From an uncultured Chthonomonadaceae bacterium (GTDB lineage Bacteria; Armatimonadota; Chthonomonadetes; Chthonomonadales; CAJBBX01), in NCBI GenBank assembly GCA_964396385.1, contig CAYNFH010000004.1:5008-69007 (forward strand): a stretch of 64,000 nucleotides of DNA, given 5' to 3'. The position numbers and the translations under genes were made by a program. Numbering within the stretch: the stretch's first letter is position 1; the number at the start of each line of letters is the position of its first letter. The notes below the pieces were generated by a model. That model saw only the letters and a program-made list of their open reading frames with translations, did no database searches and had not been told where the DNA came from. Below, piece by piece: positions 8,531-17,873 of this stretch.

Positions 8531-9541
8531 ATGAACCTCCCTCCAAACCAGCAGCTCGCCGCGCCGGGGAAGTGGCCCGTGGTGGGCGAGAAGGCGCCCC
8601 GCAACTCGGACGCGCCGTGGGCCGTGACCATCACGGGGTTGGTGGAGCATCCCCGCTCGTGGACACTGGAGGAGCTGCAACGGATGACTCCAGTGGAGCG
8701 TGTGATGGACATCCACTGCGTCACGCGCTGGTCGCGCCTGGACGTCCGGTTCGGGGGCGTGCCGCTGGCCGGCCTGCTCGATGAGTGCCGGCCGTTACCT
8801 GAGGCGCGCTTCCTCTCCTTCGTCGCCCGCAGCGTTCGGCGCCACAGCACCTCCCTCCCACTGGAAGATGTAATTGCATTGGACGCCCTCGTGGCCCTGT
8901 CCCACGAAGGAGAGCCGCTGGAGCTTATCCACGGCGGACCGGTGCGGATGGTAGTACCCGGCCGATACTTCTACAAGAGCGTGAAGTGGCTGGAGCGGAT
9001 CGAGGTCCTGGCGGAAGACCATCTGGGTTACTGGGAGGCGGAGGCCGGCTATCACAACAGCGCGGACCCGTGGCAGGAGCAGCGATACGCCGCGCCCAAT
9101 CTGGACCGCCGCCTGGTGCGGCAGGCACTGGAGCGGCGAGACTTTCGCGGCGGGGACTTCCGTGGCCTGGATGCGCGGAGCCGGAACCTGGAGGGTTTGA
9201 ACGCCCGCGGCGCGCTGCTCCGTGACGCCGACTTCCGGCATGCGAAGCTCACGAACGCCGACTTTACCGGCGCCAACCTCTCCAATGCCCACCTGCAGCA
9301 CGCCGATCTCCGCGGCGCCTCATTCGTAACCGCAGACCTGGAGGGCGCGGACCTGGAGGGCGCGGACCTCAGCGGCGCGGACCTGACGGGCGCTTCCCTC
9401 TTTGGCGCTACTTTCTGCGCAGACGCCGAGACTTCGCATGGCGCCGTTCTGAGCCCTTCGACCCGCATCTCTCTGGAGGCGCTGGAGGTCCTCACGCCTT
9501 TCCAGCAGCGATTTGTCCGGGAGTTAATTGAATTCCGCTAA
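8531..9541 (+). CDS. Sulfite-oxidase-like molybdopterin oxidoreductase domain fused to C-terminal pentapeptide repeats
   Basis: DIHCVTRWS motif of the Oxidored_molyb family. The C-terminus carries ADLEGADLEGADLSGADLTGASL-type pentapeptide repeats. Start is at ATG 8531. Confidence 0.75.
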   Translation: MNLPPNQQLAAPGKWPVVGEKAPRNSDAPWAVTITGLVEHPRSWTLEELQRMTPVERVMDIHCVTRWSRLDVRFGGVPLAGLLDECRPLPEARFLSFVARSVRRHSTSLPLEDVIALDALVALSHEGEPLELIHGGPVRMVVPGRYFYKSVKWLERIEVLAEDHLGYWEAEAGYHNSADPWQEQRYAAPNLDRRLVRQALERRDFRGGDFRGLDARSRNLEGLNARGALLRDADFRHAKLTNADFTGANLSNAHLQHADLRGASFVTADLEGADLEGADLSGADLTGASLFGATFCADAETSHGAVLSPSTRISLEALEVLTPFQQRFVRELIEFR

Positions 9542-9549
9542 GAATCTTC

Positions 9550-9578
9550 TTGACAGCCGGGCGGCAGGCCTATATACT
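9550..9578 (+). promoter_or_regulatory. Sigma70-like promoter upstream of the LacI-family gene
   Basis: TTGACA (9550-9555), a 17-nt spacer, then TATACT (9573-9578), about 65 nt upstream of the ATG at 9645. Confidence 0.5.
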
Positions 9579-9644
9579 GCTTGCATCCGGCGCAAAAGTA
9601 CTTTAGCCGGCCTGAATGACCGGTCCTCGCGTCCGGCAGGGAGT

Positions 9645-10718
9645 ATGGGCGTGTCCCAGGATGGCGCACCAAAACAAGGCCGAGTAACGCTCGCGGAAGT
9701 TGCAGAGCGTGCCGGCGTGTCCACCACTACCGTCTCTCTCGTCCTTGGCGGCAAGGCGGACCAGCACCGCATCTCGGAAGAGACGCACCGCCGGGTGAAA
9801 CAGGCGGCGGACGACCTGGACTACGTCCCGAACCTGCTGGTCCGGTCCATGCAGCGCGGACGGACCCACGTGCTCTCGTTCTTCAACGGATACCGTACGC
9901 AGCGGATGGCGACGGACCTGTACATGGACAGGCTCTCCACCGCTATCCAGAACGCGGCGGGGCAGCGGGGCTACGACATCCTGGTCCACTGCAACTTCAG
10001 CCGCACCGCCCGTGATACGTACCGGCAGGTCAACGGCGGACGGGCGGACGGGCTGCTTCTCTTCGCACCTACGCTGGAGGACCCGCTGCTGCCCTACCTT
10101 CGCGCCTCGAGGCTACCGGTAGTGCTCGTCAATGCGGAGGATCCGCACCGGGTGCTACCTTCGGTCCGCGATGACGTGGAATCCGGAATGCGGCAGGTTG
10201 CGGAGGCGCTCGTCCGGGGCGGGCATCAAAGGATCGCCGTCGTTACAGAGGCCCGAGAGCACGTGGACGACGCGCACGCCCGGATCCGGCTTCTCCGCCG
10301 CTATCTGGCGGAGGCGGGCGTCGCCATTCCGGACGAGTGGGTGATCCCCTACGGCGCGGGCGAGGCGCTCCGTGGATTTCTGCAGCGCCCGGAGCGGCCC
10401 ACCGCCCTCTTCTGCTGGCGGGACCGCATCGCCTACTTTGCGCTGGAGATCTGTGAATCGGTGGGCATCTCCGTGCCGGAGGAGCTGTCCATCGTGGGGT
10501 ACGACGGGCTGCCCTGGCCCGCGGCGACCCGCCATACAGCCGCTTCCGTGTATGTCGACCTGGAAGGGCTGGCCGCCTCCGCCGTGGAGCTGCTGGACAA
10601 GTACGTGAACGGTTACCGGGGGGAAGTTACTCAGTGGACGCTGCCCGTCACACTGACGTCCGGGACGACCCTCGGCCCCGCACCCAGTCCCGGACGCGCC
10701 GAAAGGAGACAATTGTGA
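9645..10718 (+). CDS. LacI-family transcriptional regulator
   Basis: N-terminal [26 protein letters not shown] plus a periplasmic-binding-fold C-terminus. Its stop overlaps the next ATG (TGATG). Confidence 0.85.
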   Translation: MGVSQDGAPKQGRVTLAEVAERAGVSTTTVSLVLGGKADQHRISEETHRRVKQAADDLDYVPNLLVRSMQRGRTHVLSFFNGYRTQRMATDLYMDRLSTAIQNAAGQRGYDILVHCNFSRTARDTYRQVNGGRADGLLLFAPTLEDPLLPYLRASRLPVVLVNAEDPHRVLPSVRDDVESGMRQVAEALVRGGHQRIAVVTEAREHVDDAHARIRLLRRYLAEAGVAIPDEWVIPYGAGEALRGFLQRPERPTALFCWRDRIAYFALEICESVGISVPEELSIVGYDGLPWPAATRHTAASVYVDLEGLAASAVELLDKYVNGYRGEVTQWTLPVTLTSGTTLGPAPSPGRAERRQL

Positions 10719-11584
10719 TGTCAGTCGCACGACACCGAAGCCGATGGCGCGGCTTCACCCTTATTGAGCTGCTTGTAGTTATCGCCATCATCGCCATCCT
10801 CGCCGCCATCCTGTTCCCGGTCTTCGCGCAGGCCCGGGAGAAGGCCCGCGCCATTAGCTGCATCAGCAACCTGAAGCAGATCGGCATCGGGACCATGATG
10901 TACATTCAGGATTACGACGAGGTCTACCCGCTCGGCTATACCTGGCTCTCCACGGATAGCAACGGATGGGGCGGCACTATGTGGACGGTCTCGCTGGGGC
11001 CCTACATCCAGAAGTACGGAAACACGAACGACGAGTTCGTGAATGGCCAGGTGAATGGTGGCGTCTACATCTGCCCGGACATCTCTTTCGCGCTGGACGC
11101 CAACCTAAAGCCCATGCCTCCTCCCGGAATCGGCTACGGTCTGAACGAGTCACAGATGACGACCGGCTGGACGCGGATCGGCAAGCTCTACACGTATCCG
11201 GGCGTGGCACAGGCATCCATCCAGGCGCCCGCGCACCTCGTGGACTATGCGGACGCGGCCACCGTGGACGCGAAATCGGACCCGAACAGTGACCTCACGA
11301 ATAACGAGAACTGCAACGGCGACTACAATAATCCGGGCGACACGAAGTGCGGACCCTTCAACATCCATCCGGAGAAGTGGAAGGGCATCGCCGTAACGGG
11401 ATGGGACTTCGCCATTCCGGGGGTCGGAGACGGTGACTGGTCCAGCCGCCATCGCGTGCCGTACTTCATCCACTCGCAGCGGTGTAACGCGGTCTACGCG
11501 GACGGCCACGCCAAGTCAACGGCAGGAGGGACGCTTCAGGCCCGCATCGGCACGGATGCGGACGTGTGGCATAACCATCCTTAG
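10718..11584 (+). CDS. Type II secretion/type IV pilin-like pseudopilin with a DUF1559 (H-X9-DG) domain
   Basis: Prepilin cleavage/methylation motif [26 protein letters not shown]-terminal [22 protein letters not shown]. Confidence 0.85.
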   Translation: MSVARHRSRWRGFTLIELLVVIAIIAILAAILFPVFAQAREKARAISCISNLKQIGIGTMMYIQDYDEVYPLGYTWLSTDSNGWGGTMWTVSLGPYIQKYGNTNDEFVNGQVNGGVYICPDISFALDANLKPMPPPGIGYGLNESQMTTGWTRIGKLYTYPGVAQASIQAPAHLVDYADAATVDAKSDPNSDLTNNENCNGDYNNPGDTKCGPFNIHPEKWKGIAVTGWDFAIPGVGDGDWSSRHRVPYFIHSQRCNAVYADGHAKSTAGGTLQARIGTDADVWHNHP

Positions 11585-11600
11585 CCGTCGTCAAAAAGCG

Positions 11601-11640
11601 GCGGCAGGAGCCTATGCACGCTCCTGCCGCCGGTCTTTGT
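11601..11640 (+). terminator. Stem-loop after the pseudopilin gene (possible partial terminator or attenuator)
   Basis: GCGGCAGGAGC, an 8-nt loop, GCTCCTGCCGC, followed by CGGTCTTTGTCTC. An A-tract lies upstream. Confidence 0.45.
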
Positions 11641-11653
11641 CTCAGAATTTCTG

Positions 11654-13579
11654 ATGGGAAGCAAAGCAAGAAACATCGTCGCCGTTACGCTTGTTGTTGC
11701 CGCGGTAGGCGCGGCGCTGGCGGTGTCGGTGCCGTACACGGCGGCCTACCGGAACGCGCGCTTCTCCCGAATGAGCCTGGACGAGCAGATCCGCACCCAG
11801 GCGCGGTACGCCGACGACCCGATCTTCCTGTACTACCTGGGCCGCAAGCTCAACCGGCAGCAACGGTTCGCGGAGGCGCGGCCGTTCCTGGAGAGAGCCG
11901 TGGGCATCGATCCGGACTCGGTCGCCTACCGAGACGAGTGGGCTCGCGCCCAGCTCGGCACGGGGCAGGTCTCCACCGCCTTCGGTCAACTCCGCCAGTT
12001 CCTGGGTACGCACCCTCACTCGGCGGAGGCTCACCTGCTGGTGGCAAAGTTCTACGCCACTGAGCAGAATAATGAGCCCGCGCGACGAGCTCTGGAGGAA
12101 GCGGTGAAGCTCGACCCCGGCAATGCGGAAGCCTGGTCGCTCCTGGCCCAGGTCCGTGTCAAGCTGGGCAATACAGGGGGAGCGCAGGAAGCCCTGGAAA
12201 GAGCGCTGGAGCTGCGGCCGAACGACGCGAGCGACCACCTGCAGCTTGCGACGATTCTCGGGACGGACCCCCAACGGGCCGGGGCCGAGTACCGGCGGGC
12301 TCTGGAGCTAAGTCCCAAGGATGCCGTGTGCCACCGGCAGTATGGCCGATTCCTGCTGGACCATGGACAGCCGGCCGAGGCCGAAACCCAGGCGCGCCGG
12401 GCCCTGGAGCTGGGACCCGCCGATCCGCTCGCGGCCGATCTGGTGGGGCGCTGTCTTGTTGCCGAAGGCAGGGAGCGGGACGGTATTCCCTATCTGGAGC
12501 AGGCCGCCAGGCTGGCCCCCAGCGATCCCTTGCCGGTAGACGACCTACGCCGCGCGTGCGAGCGGATAGGCGACCGTGGGGCCGCGGCCAAGTGGCAGGC
12601 GCGTTTTGTCGTCCTGCGCGGAGAGGCTGACGAGCGGCGAGCGCTCAAGGATGCGACCAGCGCGCACCCGGAGGATACAGCCGCGCATTTGCGGTATGCC
12701 GCCGCCCTGGCCCGCATAGGGGACGTGAATGGCTGCGTCCAGCAGCATGCCTTCGCCGCCAGGACCAGGCCGGACAGCGCCCCTGTACTGATTGCCGCCG
12801 CGCGGGACCTGGACCGCTGCGACTACAGCAAGGAAGCGCTTCCACTCGCTCGCCAGGCGGCAGAGGCTGCCAACCAGAATCCCGAGGCATTCGAGACCCT
12901 GGGGGACATTCTCGTGCACCTCGGCCGCCTGGAGGAGGCAGCCGTCAATTACGACCGTATCCGGGACTGGAAGCAGAGCCAGCGGGCGGTCTACGCGCAG
13001 AGGATTGCGCACGAGGCCAAGATCCTGGCCAACAGCGATGCACCCGCGGAGAAACTGCTCCGCCAGGCGAGCCACGAGCAGGATACTGCCAAGGCCGAGC
13101 CGCTTCTTCATCAGGCCCTCGCCGTAGATCCGGACAACACGCGCTGTCTGCGAGCGCTTCTGCTGGCGCAATACCACCGTGGGGAAGCGGTGAATGCTAC
13201 GAACACAGCGGCGCGGCTCCTCACTATCTCCCCGGAGGACGGCATCGCCCACGCGCTCTTTGTAGTCCTGTATCTGCGCAGTCACTCGAAGAATACGCTA
13301 AGTGAGGCCGAGAACCGCGCGCTGGATGCCCACTTGGGGGTGGCCGGACAGGATACATTGGCTGCGCCCGCCGCCCTCTATGCCTCAGGGCTGGTTGAGC
13401 TCAAGCGAGGCCACCCTCAGACCGCAGTGCACGATCTGGAACAGGCAGCGCGCGTGGATCCCACATCGCTGGAGGTGTATCGCAAGCTGGCGGAAGCCAG
13501 GGATAGAGCAGGAGACGTGGCCGGCGCGAAGCGCGCCCTGGCGGAGCTTGAGCAGCGTCGGCATTCGATGGAGGAGTGA
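11654..13579 (+). CDS. TPR-repeat protein with an N-terminal membrane anchor
   Basis: 641 aa of repeated A-x3-Y/F..AL.LDP-type TPR units. Paralogue of the 43754-45283 protein. Confidence 0.8.
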   Translation: MGSKARNIVAVTLVVAAVGAALAVSVPYTAAYRNARFSRMSLDEQIRTQARYADDPIFLYYLGRKLNRQQRFAEARPFLERAVGIDPDSVAYRDEWARAQLGTGQVSTAFGQLRQFLGTHPHSAEAHLLVAKFYATEQNNEPARRALEEAVKLDPGNAEAWSLLAQVRVKLGNTGGAQEALERALELRPNDASDHLQLATILGTDPQRAGAEYRRALELSPKDAVCHRQYGRFLLDHGQPAEAETQARRALELGPADPLAADLVGRCLVAEGRERDGIPYLEQAARLAPSDPLPVDDLRRACERIGDRGAAAKWQARFVVLRGEADERRALKDATSAHPEDTAAHLRYAAALARIGDVNGCVQQHAFAARTRPDSAPVLIAAARDLDRCDYSKEALPLARQAAEAANQNPEAFETLGDILVHLGRLEEAAVNYDRIRDWKQSQRAVYAQRIAHEAKILANSDAPAEKLLRQASHEQDTAKAEPLLHQALAVDPDNTRCLRALLLAQYHRGEAVNATNTAARLLTISPEDGIAHALFVVLYLRSHSKNTLSEAENRALDAHLGVAGQDTLAAPAALYASGLVELKRGHPQTAVHDLEQAARVDPTSLEVYRKLAEARDRAGDVAGAKRALAELEQRRHSMEE

Positions 13580-13585
13580 AGAGAG

Positions 13586-13846
13586 ATGAAGCAGCAGGTT
13601 AGTCCCGCTGTTATCGCGATCATCGTGGTGGTGGTCGTGGCCATCTGCGCGTTTGTGGGCTATCGGATGTTGCGCCCGCCAACCGCTACGGCCAATGTAT
13701 CGCCGCAAGCTCTCCAGGCGCACCAGGTGCCGAAGGAGTTCAACGGGCAAGTGGTGCCTCCAAACGCGCCGGTGGACATCCCTGTCCAGGCAATGCAATC
13801 CGGAGCGGCTAACGGGCAAGCGGCCCCAGGTACCTCCGGCCCATAG
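13586..13846 (+). CDS. Small single-pass membrane protein
   Basis: MKQQVSPAVIAIIVVVVVAICAFVGY TM segment. Occupies the same position as 43382-43690 in the paralogous module. Confidence 0.5.
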   Translation: MKQQVSPAVIAIIVVVVVAICAFVGYRMLRPPTATANVSPQALQAHQVPKEFNGQVVPPNAPVDIPVQAMQSGAANGQAAPGTSGP

Positions 13847-13847
13847 G

Positions 13848-15101
13848 GTGGAATTCCCGCGCGTTATTCGCGTGGAGTGGGGCCGGCTGGAAAGCCGGAG
13901 GCCGCGCTGTGCGGGGAGCAATGCGCGGCTGGGCGAGCACGGGATCGCGGTCCGGCCCTCCATCGCGCGGATCACGCTGGAGGACGGCTCCAGCGGCTTC
14001 GGCTCCTGCTGGGCATCCCGCGAGGCCTCCGAGCGGTTGATCGGCCGGCCGGTTTCCGAGCTGTTTGCCCCCTCTGAAGGCGTCCCGCAACGGTGGCGGG
14101 CCTTCGATTTCCCCCTCTGGGACCTAGCCGCCCGCCGCGCGGACGTGCCGGTGTACGCGCTGGCAGCAGAGGCACGGGTTCGGGGTTCAGGGTTCGGAGT
14201 TCGGTATCAGGAGAACGGTGAACCGAAGCCCGGAGTCGGGAGTCACCCCCTCACCCCTGCGGCCGCGCGAGCCTCGCCCGGCTCGCGAGTCGGAAGGCCG
14301 CAGCACCTTCACCCACTCACGGTCCCCTGCTACGACACCTCGCTTTACTTCGACGACCTGCACCTTGGCTCGACAGAGGAGGCGGCGGAGTGTATAGCCG
14401 GGGAGGCTCGGGAGGGGTTTGAGCGGGGCCATCGGGCGTTCAAGATGAAGGTGGGGCGCGGCGCCAGGCACCTGCCCCTGGAGGAGGGCACGCAGCGGGA
14501 CATCGCCATGGTGAGGGCGGTGCGCGAGGCGGTCGGCCCAGACTCCGCGCTGATGATGGACGCCAACAACGGCTACAACCTGAACCTGGCGAAGCGGGTA
14601 CTTGCGGAGACCGCGGAGTACCGAATCTTCTGGCTAGAGGAGCCGTTCCACGAGGATCCGGTGCTCTACCGCGACCTCAAGGAGTGGATGGAGCGCGAAA
14701 GTATTCCCACGCTCATCGCGGACGGAGAGGGCGACGCTTCGCCCCACCTTTTAGAGTGGGCGCGCGACGGGCTGGTGGACGTGGTGCAGTACGACATCTT
14801 CGGCTACGGGTTCACGCGGTGGATGGAGACCGGCCAACAGCTCGACGCGTGGGGCGTGCGGACCGCGCCGCACCACTACGGCGGCCATCTGGGCAATTAC
14901 GCCGCCTGCCACCTGGCGCCCGCCATCCGGCGCTTCACCTTCGTAGAGTGGGACCACTGTGACTCGGAGTGGCTGGATTGCTCCGGGTACACGCTAGAGG
15001 AAGGCCGCGTCCAAGTTCCTGACACTCCGGGCTTCGGCCTCGCTCTGGATGAATCCGCGTTTCAGCAGGCGGTCCAGAATTCCGGCTACCGCGTCCCCTG
15101 A
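13848..15101 (+). CDS. Enolase-superfamily enzyme (mandelate racemase / muconate lactonizing enzyme-like)
   Basis: FKMKVGRG, MMDANNGY and FWLEEPF motifs. GTG start 1 nt after the preceding stop is tentative. Carries a low-complexity insert at about 14170-14320. Confidence 0.75.
   Translation: MEFPRVIRVEWGRLESRRPRCAGSNARLGEHGIAVRPSIARITLEDGSSGFGSCWASREASERLIGRPVSELFAPSEGVPQRWRAFDFPLWDLAARRADVPVYALAAEARVRGSGFGVRYQENGEPKPGVGSHPLTPAAARASPGSRVGRPQHLHPLTVPCYDTSLYFDDLHLGSTEEAAECIAGEAREGFERGHRAFKMKVGRGARHLPLEEGTQRDIAMVRAVREAVGPDSALMMDANNGYNLNLAKRVLAETAEYRIFWLEEPFHEDPVLYRDLKEWMERESIPTLIADGEGDASPHLLEWARDGLVDVVQYDIFGYGFTRWMETGQQLDAWGVRTAPHHYGGHLGNYAACHLAPAIRRFTFVEWDHCDSEWLDCSGYTLEEGRVQVPDTPGFGLALDESAFQQAVQNSGYRVP
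14176..14257. repeat. Tandem heptamer element inside the enolase-superfamily CDS
   Basis: GGGTTCG GGGTTCA GGGTTCG GAGTTCG ... CCGGAGTCGGGAGTCACCCCCTCACCCC. The GGTTCRG arm type recurs at 18605-18671. Confidence 0.75.
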
Positions 15102-15184
15102 CCGATTATCAGCCGCGCAAAAGTCACGGGCGTGCGCCCAGAGGAACCATCGGCAACACTGCCGAATGCCCACGCGTCTGCTCT

Positions 15185-15205
15185 GACCATCAACCATCAA
15201 CCATC
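15185..15205. repeat. Tandem heptamer (AACCATC x3) upstream of the malic enzyme gene
   Basis: GACCATC AACCATC AACCATC, read directly from the sequence. Confidence 0.7.
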
Positions 15206-15221
15206 AGCCAATAACCTGTTC

Positions 15222-16637
15222 ATGCCCATTCCAACAGCCAGCTACAGCATTACCGTCCGCGCGCGGGTGCCGGACCATCCCGGCGCTTTCGCGCAGGTTG
15301 CGACGGCCATTGGGGAGGCCGGGGGCAGCCTCGGCGCCATCGACCTCGTGGAGGCCCGCAAGGATTACAAGGTCCGGGACATCACCATTGCTGCCTCGAA
15401 CGAGGCGCACGCCCAGGCGATCATCAAGGCGATCCGTGCGGTGCCCGGCATCCATATTGTCAGCGTCTCCGACCGCACCTTCCTCATGCACCTGGGCGGG
15501 AAGATCGAGGTCCGGAGCAAGCGGCCCCTGGCCACCCGCGACGACCTCTCCATGGCCTATACGCCCGGAGTAGCGCGAGTCTGTGAGGAGCTGGCCCGCG
15601 AGCCGCGCAAAGTTTTCCAGCTCACCATCAAGCGCAATACGGTCGCGGTGGTGACGGATGGAACAGCCGTGCTGGGCCTGGGCAACCTGGGGCCGGAGGC
15701 CGCGCTGCCCGTCATGGAAGGGAAGGCGATGCTCTTCAAGGAGTTCGCCGGGGTGGACGCCTTCCCAATCTGCCTGGACACAACCAACGTAGACGAGATA
15801 GTGGCGACGGTAAAACATATCGCGCCCGTCTTCGGCGGCATCAATCTGGAAGACATCTCGGCACCCCGATGCTTTGAGGTAGAGGAGCGGCTGCGGCAGG
15901 AGCTGGACATCCCCGTGTTTCATGACGACCAGCACGGCACCGCGGTGGTGGTCCTGGCGGCCTTGATGAACGCGCTGAAGATAGTGGGCAAGAGCGTATC
16001 GGACGTGAAGGTGGTGGTGAACGGCCCGGGCGCGGCCGGCACGGCCGTCACGCGCATCCTCCTGCACCAGGGTGTGCGACGGCTGGTGGTCTGCGGCCTC
16101 CACGGCGCCATTACGGCCGCTTCCGCGGATTCGCTGCCTCCGGTGCAGCGCTGGCTGGCGGAAAGCACGAACCCGGAGCAGGAGGAGGGACCGCTGAGCC
16201 AGTTAATTCAAGGCGCAGACGTGTTCATCGGCGTTTCCGCCGCAGACATCCTGACCGCTGAGGACATCCAGCGGATGGAGCATGACGCCATCGTCTTCGC
16301 CCTCGCCAACCCCATGCCGGAGATCCCGCCGGAAGAGGCGGCCAGGTATGCCCGCATCGTGGCGACCGGCCGGTCCGACTACCCGAACCAGATCAACAAC
16401 GTGCTCTGCTTCCCGGGGATGTTCCGCGGGGCGCTGGACTGCCGCGCCACCGATATAAACGAGGAGATGAAGGCGGCCGCCGCCGCGGCTATCGCGCAGG
16501 TGGTGACGGACAAGGAGCTGAGCGAGGACTACATTATCCCCAGCGTGTTCAACCGGAAGGTGGTGGATTCCGTGGCCCGCGCCGTAGCCCGCTCCGCCGT
16601 AGCTACGGGCGTTGCCCGCCGCGTGCGGGAACACTAA
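15222..16637 (+). CDS. NAD(P)-dependent malic enzyme with an N-terminal ACT-like domain
   Basis: YTPGVARVC, VVTDGTAVLGLGNLG, AFPICLD and NGPGAAG motifs. Confidence 0.9.
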   Translation: MPIPTASYSITVRARVPDHPGAFAQVATAIGEAGGSLGAIDLVEARKDYKVRDITIAASNEAHAQAIIKAIRAVPGIHIVSVSDRTFLMHLGGKIEVRSKRPLATRDDLSMAYTPGVARVCEELAREPRKVFQLTIKRNTVAVVTDGTAVLGLGNLGPEAALPVMEGKAMLFKEFAGVDAFPICLDTTNVDEIVATVKHIAPVFGGINLEDISAPRCFEVEERLRQELDIPVFHDDQHGTAVVVLAALMNALKIVGKSVSDVKVVVNGPGAAGTAVTRILLHQGVRRLVVCGLHGAITAASADSLPPVQRWLAESTNPEQEEGPLSQLIQGADVFIGVSAADILTAEDIQRMEHDAIVFALANPMPEIPPEEAARYARIVATGRSDYPNQINNVLCFPGMFRGALDCRATDINEEMKAAAAAAIAQVVTDKELSEDYIIPSVFNRKVVDSVARAVARSAVATGVARRVREH

Positions 16638-16682
16638 CGCTCCGCTGTCGCCTGCCAGGCGCCGGAGGAGTCTGCGGAGGAC

Positions 16683-16985
16683 ATGAGCATCGAGAACAGG
16701 CTACCGTCCATCCCCTTTGATGGCACGGATTTCGCCTCCGGACGGGCAAGCGGCACTTCATCCGAGGATCTTGGATCGGATCGGCTTTTGGCCCGCGTCC
16801 GAAGGCCGCCATCCATACTGGAAGGCATCGCGCACATGTTCGATTTCGCGGGCGTTCTCGCGGACGAGCCTGTTCCCATGCCAACCGAACCCAGTAGCCG
16901 TGACGCGCTCGCCCAAGCGTGGAGTACCCTTGGCCGTCAGTTGCGGAGCGTGATGAGTGAGCAGCGAGCGTCCCGACGACGGTGA
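16683..16985 (+). CDS. Hypothetical protein
   Basis: 100-aa ORF in an otherwise unassigned gap. No motif recognised. Confidence 0.3.
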   Translation: MSIENRLPSIPFDGTDFASGRASGTSSEDLGSDRLLARVRRPPSILEGIAHMFDFAGVLADEPVPMPTEPSSRDALAQAWSTLGRQLRSVMSEQRASRRR

Positions 16986-17105
16986 GATACGCGGGTCGTT
17001 TACGGCAGTATTCAAGTCAAGGCTAAGGAACGCGAGCGGGAACGGAAGCGCCAGGCCTGCGCCGGCAGCCGCGAGTGATACAATGGATCCAGTTCAGTTG
17101 GAGGT

Positions 17106-17399
17106 GTGCAAGTGGCGCGGACGATAGAGGTGAGCTTGCCGGAGGAGCTGGTCGAGCGCATTGATCAGCGTGTGCGGGCGAAGGGGAGTGACCGGAGCCA
17201 CGCGGTTCAGGAGCTCGTTGAGAAGGGGCTCCTGAGCGAGGAGCTCCCGCATGCGGGCATGAGCGTTGCCGAGATCCTGTCGCGGGCGTCCGGACCGTCA
17301 CCCGCAGACTCTATGACGGATCAAGAGCTTGCCGAACTTGCTGAGGATGAAGTAAGAGCGTGCCGGGCCGACAAGCGGCAGGCCCGCTCGGATGCATGA
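17106..17399 (+). CDS. Ribbon-helix-helix (CopG-like) antitoxin
   Basis: TIEVSLPEELVERIDQRV beta-strand-helix start. GGAGGTG RBS with a GTG start. Overlaps the following PIN gene. Confidence 0.7.
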   Translation: MQVARTIEVSLPEELVERIDQRVRAKGSDRSHAVQELVEKGLLSEELPHAGMSVAEILSRASGPSPADSMTDQELAELAEDEVRACRADKRQARSDA

Positions 17400-17873
17400 G
17401 ACTCTGCGCGTAGTAATCGACACCGCAGTGGTATTGCAAGCCGCGCTTCGTCCCGCCGGCCCCGCAGGACGCCTCCTGTCGTTGGTCGATAAGGGCGTAT
17501 TCACGCTCTGCCTGAGCGACGCCAGCCTCGAAGAATATGAGATGTCCTTGGGCGTCCCTCTATTCGGGCCAAGAATCCTCATCTCACAGATGAACTCGTT
17601 TCCGCCCTAATTGGCCGTATCCGAGCGTACGGCATACATGTAGCGGAAGTTCCAGACCACATTCGCTACTCCCGCGATCCCGACGACGAACACGTCATTA
17701 ACCTGGCAATTGAAGCAAACGCTGATTACCTTGTGACGCGCGACAATGACCTCTTGGACCTGATGGAAGGTGCCGACTTCTCCGGCCGGTTCCCTTCGGT
17801 TCGTATTCTGAATCCCATTGAGTTCCTTCGCGAACTGGCACAGATGCACGCTGGCGATTCACGCGCCGAGTGA
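17392..17873 (+). pseudogene. PIN-domain toxin disrupted by a 1-nt frameshift
   Basis: Frame 1 reads MHETLRVVIDTAVVLQAA...ASLEEYE. After 17541 the homologous sequence continues in another frame: DVLGRPSIRAKNPHLTDELV...DPDDEHVINLAIEANADYLVTRDNDLL, to TGA 17871-17873. Confidence 0.65.

Noticed and set aside
9052-9495. 147-aa minus-strand ORF rich in Ser/Ala/Pro/Arg repeats
   Set aside because: It is the antisense reading of the pentapeptide-repeat region of the Moco oxidoreductase gene. Its periodicity is inherited from the sense strand.
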